Source: Azolla caroliniana
Lineage: Eukaryota; Plantae; Polypodiophyta
DNA length: 64,000 bases
Assembly (NCBI GenBank): GCA_043228905.1
Contig: JBHGNT010000005.1
Location: 930,001-994,000 of the forward strand
Direction of reading: 5' to 3'
The notes under the pieces: model-generated
What the model was told of the DNA's origin: nothing
Database searches by the model: none
The model's input: the letters and a program-made list of their open reading frames with translations, nothing else
Shown here: one piece after another, positions 31,703 through 44,433 of the stretch
Numbering within the stretch: position 1 is the stretch's first letter
Layout: each line of letters starts with the position of its first letter
Program-made: the position numbers and the translations under genes

Positions 31703-34700
31703 CTACTTCAAAAGATTGCACTCTTGCAATATAAAGTGAGGAAATTGTGCCTTAAGCGAATGCTCGCGTTCCCATGTGGCATCATCAATAGGTTTATCCA
31801 TCCATTTGATCTTGAATAGCCGAATCTCTTTAGAACGTAAACGTTTAGTACGAGAATCAAGAATTCGTTCAGGAACATGAGGTTTGTAAGAAAAATCCTC
31901 TAATGTTACAAGATCTTGGATTGTGATGGTGTTATCACCAGAGCCTAAAAATGGTTTTAGACGACTGACGTGAAAAACAGGATGAATACCAACGTTACGA
32001 GGTAAGGCAAGGTGATAAGCAGATGACCCAACTCGCTTAAGGATTTCAAATGGGCCACAATATCGTGGGGCTAACTTAGCGCACTTGCCCGTAGATAATG
32101 ACGTAGAATCAGTCGGGACACGCAAAAAAACTTTTTGACCAATAGTAAATGCACGAGGACGTCTATCCTGATCAGCATAAAATCGAGCACGATCTTGAGC
32201 TGTCTTGACATTTTCTTTGGCAATATGCAACATTTGGTTCATGTCTTGCAAAAAATTGCGTGTACTGTCTAATGTATCACGATGAATCGTGACATCAACT
32301 AGGGCACGTGGCTGAAAACCATACATCAACATAAAAGGACTATATCCAGTGGATGTATGTTTAGAGCTATTATAGGCAAATTCTAAGATAGGAAGGTATT
32401 GCTCCCACTTAGAAGGGGTTTTTGCTACATAAGCTCGAAGCATGTCCTCAATAATTTGATTAACTCGTTCAGTTTGTCCATCAGACTGAGGATGATCTGC
32501 GGAACTCATGCTCAACGTAGTTTCTAGTTTCTTAAAGACCTGAGTCCAAAAGTCACTAGTAAACTTGGAATCTCGATCACTAACAATATCCATCGGTAAT
32601 CCATAAAAACGAAATAACTCATCAACAAATTGATAAGCCAACTGTTGAGCGGTTACCGTGGTTTTTTGTAGGAATAAATCTAGCTAATTTTGTTAGCCTG
32701 TCAACGACAACCCATATGGCATCATGACCCCTCTGTGTACGAGGTAAACTAACAATAAAATCCATCGAGATACTTTCCCATTTATTGTTGGGAATATCTA
32801 AGGGATGTAAAAGACCAGCAGCTTTAAGTCGTTCCGACTTATTAATCTGACATTGTAAGCATTGAGTTACGTATTTATGCACGTCAGAGCGCATCTTAGA
32901 CCAGAAAAAAGTACACGAGATGAGAATGAGTGTGCGTTGTATTCCAGGATGACCAGCAGATGGTGCATCATGACATTCATGAAAAAATTTCTGTTTAACA
33001 TTTGGTAAATCTGGAACACAGACCTTTCCACTACGGTAGAGCAAACCGTTTGTAATGTGAAAGGTCGCCTTCGAGGGTAGGGTGCTAGTATCGGCATCTA
33101 AACCAGATTCGGCTTTCGTCCAGTATTTTGAGAAATAACTATCATCAAGGTATTTCCCTCGAAGGTGATCTAAAAGATCAGATTTTATTTCCGTGAAGCT
33201 AAGCATGTTAACTTCCTTAATGCGACTAAGAGCATCAGCAACGGTGTTCATAGAACCCTTGCGATAGCGTATGGAAAAATCAAAATCTTGCATAAGGTCA
33301 ACCCAACGGCCTTTACGACCAACAAGATCGGGCTGGTCACAAAAATACTTTAATGATTGATGGTCTGTTGTAACCACAAATTTATTTCCATAGAGATAGT
33401 GCCTCCATGTTTTAAGTGCGTGTATCACTGCAAACAACTCTTTCTCTTGAACCGAATACCGAGATTGAGCAGCATCAAGCTTCTTACTTTCAAAAGCAAT
33501 AGGGTGACCACCTTGATAAAGAACGGCACCAATAGCATAATCACTAGCATCGGTTTCAATTGAGAAAGGCTTAGAAGGGTCTGGTAATAGAAGAGTGGGA
33601 GCCTGACACACATGCTCCTTGAGTGTCTCAAATGATTTGTCAAGTTGTTCATTCCATGAAATTGGTTTGACAGACTTACGTGGATGACCTTTTAAAAGGT
33701 CAGTTAATGGCGTAGTCAATTTGGAATAGTTACGAATTGATTTTCGTAAAAATCCAACAAACCCTAAGAATGATCTAAGTTCACGAATATTACGAGGAAT
33801 GGGCCAAAGTTTAACCTTTTCAATACGAGAAGGTTCAATTTCAACGCCATTTTCTGTAATTAAATGACCTAGGTACACAATAGATTTTTGGAAGAAGTCA
33901 CATTTTGAATGTTTTGCATAGAAAGAGTTGTCACGCAACTTTCGCAAAACAAATCAAACATGTTGAACATGATCTTGCAAGGTACGGCTATATATCAAAA
34001 TATCATCCAAGAAGACGACAACAAAATCACCGAGTTGATCTCGGAAAACATCATTCATCGCTTGTTGGAATGTGGCTGGAGCATTAGTCAACCCAAACGG
34101 CATGACTAAAAACTCATAATGGCCATAGCGCGTACGAAAAGCGGTTTTAGGAATATCATCCTCGGCGATGCGAAGCTGATGATAACCAGTTCGTAAGTCA
34201 ATTTTCGTAAAATATCGAGCCCCGTGCAAACGATCAATCAAATCATCGGCACGAGGTAATGGGTATGCATTCTTAATTGTCATTTTATTCAAACGGCGAT
34301 AATTGATACACATTCGCCACGAACCTTCCTTCTTCTTGACTAATAGAACTGGCGCACCCCAAGGTGATTTACTATACCTAATGTGGCCCATACTCAAGTA
34401 TTCCTTAAGTTGTTTAGCGATCTCATCCTCTTCTAATCGACTAAGTCGGTAAGGTGGAATGCTCACAGGAGCAGCCCCAGGGATGAGTTCAATTTGATGG
34501 TCCACATTACGTTTAGGTGGTAAAGTAAGCGGTAATTCAGTAGGAAACACATCTTGAAAATCCTCTAAAATAGAGTCGAGTAATCGTTGCTCAAAATGTG
34601 GTAATTGTGTGGCGTCAATATTAAAATAATAAAATTGAACCGCAGGATCAATTACACACGAATAAATTAATGAACTAGAATACTCACTTAAAGATTTAGA

Positions 34701-36107
34701 AGACACAAGTGAATGAGAAGGAAGTTTGGAACATTGAATAAAATGTTTACAATTATTAAGTTCAAATGTGATTGAGTGATTAACCCAATCAATGGACAAA
34801 GAAGGGTTTTTATTAAAAAACCAAGGATATCCTAAAATGACATCTGCGGATTGTAATTTCATAACATGAAAGTCAAGCTTCTCCAAATAAGTATCTATTT
34901 AAATTGGCAGTTGACAAACAATGCCACTGATGTATTGAACGTTTCCATTTGCCATGTGAACTTGATAGATATGATCACTTGCGTTTATGTGGAGCTCCAT
35001 TTGCTGCACAAAGTGATCATTAAGAAAATTGTGAGAACTACCGGAATCAAACAAGAAATGTGCTTGTGTTCCATTGATATATTCGACTGCTCGGAGTAAA
35101 TCATTAGGTCCAAGTAAATGTGAAGGAAAAGTGCATTCACATAAACTTAAGTGATTGGTATGAACTTCAACAATATCAAAAGACTCACCTGTGTGACTCG
35201 TAGATTTGTCTTGAGGAGGGGTGTTCATTGACTTCCTCTCAAGACGACAACAGGTATCCTTTGTGTGGCCCCGCTTCTTGCAATATGCACAGAAGAGGTT
35301 CGGTTTCTTTGAGTCGCGGTCAAGAGTGTCACTGGATTGCTTACGTTTCCCAATGAACTTGACATTCGGAGTTTTGGCGAACTCAGGTTTATTGTGGTCT
35401 TTCTTGGAAGTCCTATGGTATCACAGCACAATGTTGACGGCTTCCTCGAAAGTTGTGGGGTCCTTGTCATGGACAATCCAATGATAATCCCCATTGGGAA
35501 TACCATTCAAAAAACAAGCAACAAACCATTTCTCACCCGTAAGTCCCGATTTTTGGATCTGGGTCCGTGCGTGATGCACATAATCCTCGAGAGAGGTAAA
35601 TGGCTTACTAGACAATGTGAGCAAGTGTTGCGCTTGTTCGGTTTGAGAAGGTGGCTGCAAGAATTGTTTCTTAAAAACATCAACGAAACCTTCCCAAGTT
35701 GTGGGTAAGTTTTTTGCGGTCCTTAGGCCACGCCACCAAGCAGCAGCTCGGCCACCTAACTCACGACCGACATAACCAATTTTTACTGCATCGGGCTTGG
35801 GATGAAGCTCAAAGTGAGACTCCCAACGACCAAGCCAAGTGCTAATGGCCTCCTCGGTTCTTTCTTTCTTATCTCCCTTGAAAGGCGTGACTACGAAGGA
35901 AGGTTCACCTTCTTTCTTGGACTCAATAGTTAATTCTTGGAATTTCTTTTCCAATGCCATATTGGCCTGTCTCATTTCGGCCAATTGATTCAAGGTAGTA
36001 GTGAGCAATTGCTCAATAGTGATCTCAGCTTGTCTGCGAGATGCGGATTGGGGTTGAGAGGTCTCATTTGGAGAGATCGTTCCAACTGCGTTGAAAACTT
36101 GTTCCAT
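31703..36107 (-). pseudogene. gag-pol: Gypsy E gag-pol (Gag, knuckle, PR, RT, RH, INT, chromodomain) with three in-frame stops and one frameshift
   Basis: CAYCKKRGHTKDTC; FLFDSGSSHNF; [10 protein letters not shown]; ETDASD; ISMDFI; VSDRD; PERILDSR...IKW...ATWE; stops at 35421, 34899 and 33954; frameshift at about 32665. Confidence 0.92.
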
Positions 36108-37106
36108 GATGCACGCTGTGGGTATGCAATAAAATAAGGAGGTTCAGAAAATACACAAGCAAAATGAATGCTTGAAATTTTGATTGAAAGAACTTTATCC
36201 AAGAAAGTATCTCATGTCTTTACCCCTCTAGACATATGAGATGTGATTCGAGATCCGATAACTATGGTAACACTATGGTGTTTTAAAAACCATGGGGGAA
36301 AACATAGCTAAGATGTATTTCTCGGATCTCTATCTTGAGTAATCATGGCGGCTCCCTGAGGCTCAACCATGGTTCTTACATCAATTAAATTTCCTAGATA
36401 GCCTTATATTAATGCCAAGCCATCATGTATTATATGGTCGAGAAAGTGTATTACGTGAAAAAACAAGTGCACTCACAAGTAATATTCTAGTCTTGCGAGC
36501 AATAAGCAAACGTGATGATAAAATGATAAAATAAGGCACTACTCATAAGAGTTAAGTAGTGACGAAAACAAGGGTAAAAAAAAGAACCCATGTGTTACCT
36601 ACGAAAAAAACAATGTCACAAATAAATGGGAAGTGCAAGGTATGCACATATACATCCCAATATGATTGTTATAACTTGCACAATTGTGACATAAGCCACA
36701 AAGTGATACAAGTGATGACGGTGTTGTGCGCAAAGATGTAATACTCAAATCCATGAGTAAAACATCAATAAGGGAACTCAGATGGTTTTACTCGTTTTCT
36801 AAGGCTTGATGATAAGAGTTAAACCTAGATGACCCGTTGAAAAAAAATCGTTCAACAAGCCACTCCATAGTCTAAAAAAATAGTCTACACGTAAAGGTTA
36901 CATTAAAATTAAACGATGTAAATACTTTATACATGAAAAGGAAGTGGAAAAAGGAGAGTTAATTGTGGGCGGGTAAATAATAATTACTAGAAAATCATAT
37001 AAGTGAAACAATACTTATGAAATTAAGATTTAATTAGAATAATCAACAATTAGGTGTATGGAATCAAACATGCCCTAAGATACGAAACCCTAGGGTAGTT
37101 GACATG

Positions 37107-37426
37107 CACCTCCTCAAGACCACCACATATCCCTAGAATCGGCCAAGTAATGGCTAATTAAAGAGGAAAGTGGCATAGGTAAGTGACATATACCTCGTCA
37201 AGGCCACATCATCCCTTAGAATCGGCCAATTGATGGCTAATTAAAAAGGAAAGTGGCATATGTAAGCTACATATACCTTGTCAAGGCCACAACATCCCAT
37301 AGAATCGGCCAATTGATGGCTTAATAGAGAGTAGAGTGGCATAGGTAGGCAACATACACCTCGTCAAGGCCACATCATCCCTTAGAATCGGCCAAGTGAT
37401 GGCTCAATAGAGGGGAAGAGTGGTAT
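37107..37426 (-). repeat. 83-bp tandem repeat, about 4 copies, in the Gypsy E 5' leader
   Basis: ACCTCGTCAAGGCCACATCATCCCTTAGAATCGGCCAA... recurs at about 37108, 37192, 37275 and 37358. Confidence 0.9.
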
Positions 37427-40400
37427 ACTCAACATCATATGCAAAACGGCCATGAGATAAGCGTGTGCGATTAGAGCAAACACGCTCGACCCAATGCACA
37501 AGAATAATTATTATCGTAAGAGTTCAAGAGAGGAGAGAGTGGGATATATATCGCAATATGCAAAAGGCCATGAGTTGAGCGTGTGCGATTAGTGCAAACA
37601 CGCTCGGCCCGATGCATAACAATAAGTAAAATCGTAGCGTAGTAGGAGGTAGAAAGAAAGAGAATAAAACGTAATACCAATTTGATTCGACCATAAAGAA
37701 CGCATAATAGAAAAAGAGAAGAGATCAAAAAAGAAGAATACCGGGTTTAGAGTGTTGTTTTGATCCTGAGAAGAGCATGACGAGCCTTGTTAGATCCCCC
37801 TCGCTCACACGCAAAAAACATCAAAACAACAAAAAAATTGTTAGTAATCGCTCTGATACCACTGTTAAGAGTCTATTACTAATCAATAGACCAAATCAAG
37901 TAAAAAGGAAGAAAATAGATTGGATAGAAGAACCCGTTCCACCCGACCACCCCCGAGCTATGATCTAGACATAGCCAACCTACCACCGACGTCCCATACC
38001 GCCGAATATTAGGATGACTAATACCTTGGAAGAGATAAACACGATCGTCGAGACGAAAGCCTAGCCCGCACCACCGGTGTCTACGACAGCAGCCTTCCGA
38101 CGTGATGATCCTTATGAGGGTAGCTAAGCCTCATATTTATACCTTTTCCTAGGCCCCTTGAATAGATGTGCCTTTCTAAAAGGCTCTCTATTCATTGGTT
38201 GTCTAAATCATGATAGTGCATGCACATATCATTCATTCTATCCAATCATTAGTCCCCTTTTTAATAATAGTGAACATACCCTTCACTAATGTAAATATTA
38301 GTGACCTACCCTCACCAACGTTATGTGTACATAACACCAGACATACCTAGATCTACCCCATGCGATAGAAGAGCGATGTGTTCGGACACTTCCAAAGGTT
38401 CAAAAACGAAGTCGAAAAGGCAACAGGTCGGCATGTCCAATGCTTTCAATCGGACGGCGGCAAGGAGTACTTCTCTGACGCCTTTACAACATACCTTCGA
38501 CAAGAAGGAATTCGGCGGGAGTTTACTTGCCGACACACACCTCAATAGAACGGAGTAACCGAACACAAAGAATCGGCACATACTCGAGGTGGCAAGGGCA
38601 ATGATGAACGAGAAACGTCTGCCAAAGTCATATTGGGCTGAAGCAGTGAATATAGTCGTGTATCTAATGAATCGTTGCACAACATTAGGAGTGCACGAAG
38701 TTACCCCCTGCGAAAAGTTCTAAGGGAAGAAATCGGATCTATCTCATGTTAAGATATTCGGTTCAATGGCATATGTACATATTCCCGACGACTTGCGGCA
38801 GAAGCTCGATCTCAAGTCGGAGAAATGTATATTCGTAGGGTACTCACTTGAGCAAAAAGGGTATAAGTGCTTCAACCCTTCCACCAAGAATGTATGAGTA
38901 AGTAGGGATGTAGAATTCGATGAGTCAACATCCTGGTATACAGTCGAACCATCCCCATCCGACACAATCGAAACCGAGTTGGACACAGAATTTGATGTGA
39001 AGGGGGATGATCCCCATCCGACACATCAGAGGGAAGTCCAATCTCAACCAGGTTTAGTGGACCACAAGAGCCTCAAAGCGACCACAGCATGTCGCGGGCA
39101 AGTTGAAACAATACAAAGGAAAGGCCAAAATGCTTGAGTACGAAGACTCAATTGGAAATGAATCGACTTACTTATCCGACAGTGAGTTTGGTAGATTGGG
39201 TGTGCCCATCATAAGGACACCAGGAGAACCACGTTGATCCCCCGAGAAAAGAACGTAGTCAGCCGATTCGGCTACAACAACTACATGGCATATGTTTATG
39301 CATTCATGATGAAGGTGTCAACAGTCTGAGATCCGGAAAACTATTCTGAATCTATGAAGAACCCTAGATGGGTCGAAGCGATGAATGAGGAGATACAAGC
39401 ACTCTCCAAGAACGAGACACGGGATCTCATCCCGTCTTCAAACCACCAAAAGGCAATTGGATGTTGGTGGATCTTCAAGGTAAAGCACAACGTTGATGGC
39501 ACTGTCCATCGGTACAAGGCCCGACTTGTGGCAAAAGGGTACACGCAGACGCACAGTGTCGACTACGAAGAGACCTTTGGCCTAGTGGCAAAGATTACTA
39601 CAATTCAAACCGTGATGGCGCTTGCAACAGCAAAAGGGTGGCACCTCCCCCAAATGGACGTAAAGAACACCTTTCTACAAGGCGAGTTAGGCGAAGAGGT
39701 GTACATGGTGCAACCACCCTAATTCATGTTGACTACACATCCGATTGTTGTCTACCGACTCAAAAAGCCTCTCTACGGCCTGAAGAAGGCACCAAGAGCA
39801 TGGCATTCGGTATTCATCAAATCGACTTCAACATGTCCAAGTCCAACAACTGTCTGTTCATCCCGAACGACTCTAGGGGACAAGTATTTATCATCATTTA
39901 TTTGGATGTCTTGGTCATAGGAGGAGAGCATTTAGCGGATATTGAGCACATCAAGAAGCTTCTCTCCAATCGATTCGAAATGACCGATGTGAAAGAGCTC
40001 CATTACTTTCTAGGAATAGAAGTAATTCGGACTCCAGACGGCCTCATGCTTTCTCAAAAGCACTATATCCTCAATCTTCTTTACAAGTTTGGGATGACAC
40101 AGTGTAAACCCATCACTACTCCTCTCGATCGAAATCTAAAGCTAGATGCTGACTCAGGCACTAGAGAGTGTGAGTTGACGCACTATCGTCAACTAGTCGA
40201 AAGCCTCATCTACCTCACAATTACCCGACCCGACCTGAGTTACCCGGTCGGCCTTCTTAGCCAGTTCATGCAAACTCCACACGACATCCATCTCGATTAT
40301 GCTAAGCGAGTGCTAAGGTATGTGAGTGGAACCATGGATTTCAACATCCTTTACAAAACGGCCACACCGATACGACTTACAGGATATACCGACGCCAACT

Positions 40401-40500
40401 GGGCCGGCTACAGAGCTGCCCGAGGATTGACATCCAGATTTGTTTTTTTCTCTCGGTAGTGGTGCCATATCGTGGAGTAGTAAGAAACAACCGACAGTCG

Positions 40501-41171
40501 TGTGAAGTCAATTTTTGCTCATAAGAAAAGACCATGGTAGATACATCAGATGCTAAGGTGTATAAGAATAAAGCACAATATGAAAGGTTCAAGAGTTAAA
40601 AGACGAATGAGATTGAAGGGATATGAAGTTAAAGGGTTTTTCCAAAAGTAGAAAAAGCAAGAAAATAGAAAAAAGGAAAATACGCATACAAAGGCAAAGG
40701 AAGCAAGATAGAGAAAAAAGCTCATAACTTCTTCATCTCATGTCCAAATTTCAAAAGAAAAGATTCGTAAGAAAGCTGACAAAGAGAGATTTCTTGTATG
40801 ATAAATTTAGATGACAAAACAGAAATAATGATATGAAAAACGCATCACACAAACTCGAGGATATAAGAAAAAAGCAAGAATAACGCAACTAAAAACCTAT
40901 AAATATGAGGGTATTCTTAGCAATAGAGGGAGGAAGAATAGAATATCTACAAGAAGAAGTTTAGAGGAAGAATAAGAAGATTAGAAGAAGTGAGAAGAAG
41001 ATTTGTTGAAGAAAGAGGAAGAAGGAAAGACCATTTTGGCTAATAGTCTATTGAAGTAGTTATTTGGGGGTTGTTACTTTTGGAGTCTAAGAGGATTGTA
41101 TTGTTTTCCTAATAGTATATTGAAGTATTCTTTTCTCTTCCTCTTCTGTTCTCTATCTTTTTTCTTTATCA
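40501..41171. mobile_element. Solo LTR of an unassigned family, inserted in Copia D RNase H
   Basis: TGTGAA...TTATCA; TSD AGTCG/AGTCA (one mismatch); removing it restores PTVALSSTEAE. Confidence 0.8.
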
Positions 41172-41921
41172 AGTCACACTGTCAAGCACCGAAGCCGAAC
41201 ACAAGGGTGTGATCGTAGCCGCATGTGAAGCCATTTGGCTAAAGAGAATCTTGAAGGATCTGGGTGTTCCCATCAAGGATCCAATTCTCCTCTACTGTGA
41301 CAACATGAGCAATATCCATCTCGCTCGGAAACCAATCTTCCATGCTCGGACTAAGCGCATTGAAGTGCACTATCACTTCATCCGAGAGCGTGTTCTAGCT
41401 GGGGATGTCGACCTGCAACACATCGGCACAAACCTGCAAACGGCCGACATCTTCACCAAGGCCCTGGGAATCGACAAGTTGCGGCAATTCATGACCTGCC
41501 TAGGTCTTTTGACCATCGACCAACAGAGCTTGAGGGGGAGTACAGAGCAGTAGGAGTATACCATCCATTCGAAGTTGAAGCCAATCCGAACCAACCATCC
41601 GACGATTAGACAACCAGAAGTTGTGTTTGAAGGGGCGTGTCGAGAATCAAACTCAACTTCCCGTGAGTGGGAACACACTCTAGGATACCCAAATGTGTGA
41701 ACACCCCACCTCCTTGTATAGTAACTAGTGTGTCATAGAAGTTAGTGTCCTATTACACATATTCTTTTAGTAGTTAAGACACGACCTCTTTCCCAAGAGG
41801 CGGTAGTAGTGAGAGAACATAGAGAGAAGGTGACTACATAAGCACCTTCTCCCTCTCTTTGTAGTGGTTGGTCATTCTTGCTTCCTTGTAATAAAGTTTT
41901 CTGATTTTCTGTAATCGTGAG

Positions 41922-41978
<57 letters not shown>

Positions 41979-42060
41979 ATTCTTCCGCTGCACAAAATCC
42001 ATCCGATTCTTTACAACTCCATATATATCCACTCAATTTTTACTAGATGTCATTGTGGGA

Positions 42061-42742
42061 TGTAGAGGTTGAACACATGACCTTTTGGTCTCAACTTAGC
42101 TCTCTCTTCTTTTTTTTAAATAATGACTTTCATTACGAAAGAAAAAACACAACCTCGTCTTGTAAGGACCATGCATGATGGCTTTTGCTACTCGACATGT
42201 TGGCTGATGTGGGTATGAGGGTTATATTTTACTATATGAGTTCTTTCTAGCCTTTGGGCATCTTTCCATTAATACCAAGGCGAATCTTTATTCAAAATAA
42301 AAACCACCACGACTAACTTACAACAAATTAAAGAACCCTTCTAGGGATCTAAATACTATTGCGATAATAAACTCCATCCCACCCTACACACCAATTTAGA
42401 GGTTGTAGAGGTTGAACAACATGACCTTTTGGTCTCAACTTAGCTCTCTCTTTTTTTGAAAATAATGACTTTCATTACGAAAGAAAAAACACAACCTCCT
42501 CTTGGAAGGACCATGCATGAGGGCTTTTGCTACTCGACATGTTGGTTGATGTGGGTATGAGGGTTATATTTTATTGTATGTGTTCTTTCTAGCCTTTTGG
42601 CATCTTTCCATTAATACCAAGGCCAATCTTTATTCAAAAATAAAAAACCACCACGACTAACTTACAACAAATTAAAGAACCCTTCTAGGGATCTAAATAC
42701 TAGTGCGACAATAAACTCAATCCCACCCTACACACCAATTTA
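42061..42742. repeat. About 340-bp direct tandem duplication, non-coding
   Basis: TGTAGAGGTTGAACA...CACACCAATTTA at 42061-42398 and 42404-42742. Confidence 0.9.
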
Positions 42743-44433
42743 AATGTCGAATATGATTATATGTGACTTCGTAGAGCTCTCTCTCTCTCTCATGTTGTTT
42801 GCAATTCGAGTCATTTCTTCAATACAACTTGGTTCGCGCTCACTTCAATGCGAGAGAAGATGTTGAGGCACAAGTGACGAAACTAGTCTGCTATGCACAC
42901 TTTGTATGAAACAAGTTTGAGACTCCAAGTAATTCTATCATACTTTAATATAATGCTCTACCTTTGATCACATTTGACTATTATTTCCACACTTCAACCC
43001 AACACAGTCCTTTCACAAATTTCCTTGTGTCACACTTTACATGATAAATACGTTTTTGAATACACATAAAAGCAACCATTTTAGTTCTTAGATGGTTAAT
43101 CGAAATTATTCCATGATCCATCAATAGATTCCTTTGTGAGTGAGGCTTTTTTGCAATGCCAATGTATGATATCATGGGAAAGATGTCGAGCCATATGTGG
43201 CTAAAATTGCAAAACAATCTTCATCCCAAAACGAAGAAGTTGTACTCATCCGTACATGTTAGAGCCCATCCCTTTGTTTGCCATCCACACCATTGCTTCG
43301 ATTCAACTTGGTTCACATTCTTTTCGATGTGTAATAAGGGGTTGAGGCACAAGTAAGGACAACTCATCGACTATGAGTTTGTTGAGTCAAGCGTATTAAA
43401 CTTTGATATAGTGTATTGCATTTGACTACATTCTAGTTTGCTTTTCCACACGTTGTCAATGCAATCCACTCCCTACACTTCCTCTCACAATCACAATATG
43501 CCCTCTTTATTGCAATATTTATCATTAAATGTTTTGAGCATCAAGAAACATTACTCAATATGCCAATAACAAATATGATTTAGATATGATTTCGTGGGTC
43601 ATATTTGACATGACAATAATAAAAAACCGTCTACCTAAATTCACGACTTATTGAGTGATCTACAACTAAAGTGTGTTATACATGTTTTGTAGGTAAAATT
43701 GAAGGCATTAGACACCAAATGCACAATATAGAAAACAAGGGTAATGATCTTGTATAAAAGATAACTTTATTTCAAAGAACTTTCACTTTAGAATTAGGAA
43801 ATTAGTACTTGTCGTCAACTAGAGGAGTGCCAAAAAACCAACAACAATGCAAAACCTAAGCATTCCCTTAACAAGTAGAGAATTATGCAACCCCTCCCAA
43901 TCTGGTATAGTGCAAGGGAATACATGGATGAGGGGGCAAATGAATACCTAAAGAACAGGAAGAATTGTTGCTAACATAAAAGAAGCTAGCCCTTTCAACT
44001 TGTATAGGTGACAAACACCACAAAATAATGTAGTAATTTTGGCCATCAAATGGGATTTTATGACTAAACCCTATATGTATATGGTTTTTATCACTTCTGT
44101 AATTGTGGATTTATGAAAATGTCTTATGTTTGTTCTTTGGACAATTATTGAAATGTTTACAATATCAACAAACACCAACTTAGAAATTTGTTGTCCCAAT
44201 AACATTAACATATTATAAAAATATGGATCCCATGAAATTGCCGGTTGCATGTCAAATGCTCACAAGGTTTAGCACCTCATGGATTTGAATTGGCATAGGT
44301 GGAATCCATGTGCCATTTTCACATGTGGCTTAATGGTGGTGTGTGTATATGAGTAAACCATGTGTTATATTGTTGCAAGGGCATACATAAAGAACTTGAA
44401 GAATTGTTACTAATAGGCATACAACTTGACCTT

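Larger units (their letters stand above)
31222..38336 (-). mobile_element. Gypsy E chromovirus (Reina/Tekay-like); LTRs 31222-31695 and 37863-38336
   Basis: 474-bp LTRs, one difference seen; TSD CCAGA at 31217-31221 and 38337-38341; Met PBS at 37849-37861; PPT at 31696-31704. Confidence 0.95.
29579..41553 (+). pseudogene. gag-pol: Copia D gag-pol in three pieces (29579-31221, 38342-40500, 41177-41553)
   Basis: EKLDRNNF; WFVDSSASNHM; IHSDLWGP and FIDDFSR; YKARLVAKG; QMDVKN; IYLDV; GYTDANW; LYCDNMS; many stops and frameshifts. Confidence 0.9.
29091..42015 (+). mobile_element. Copia D, full-length but decayed; LTRs 29091-29437 and 41638-42015
   Basis: TSD ACTCC at 29086-29090 and 42016-42020; Met PBS at 29438-29449; PPT GAAGGGGCG at 41629-41637. 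Confidence 0.92.

Noticed and set aside
42780-43400. Degenerate ~100-bp repeated segment with possible coding relic
   Set aside because: Weak similarity between about 42815-42900 and 43295-43380; no consistent frame or domain
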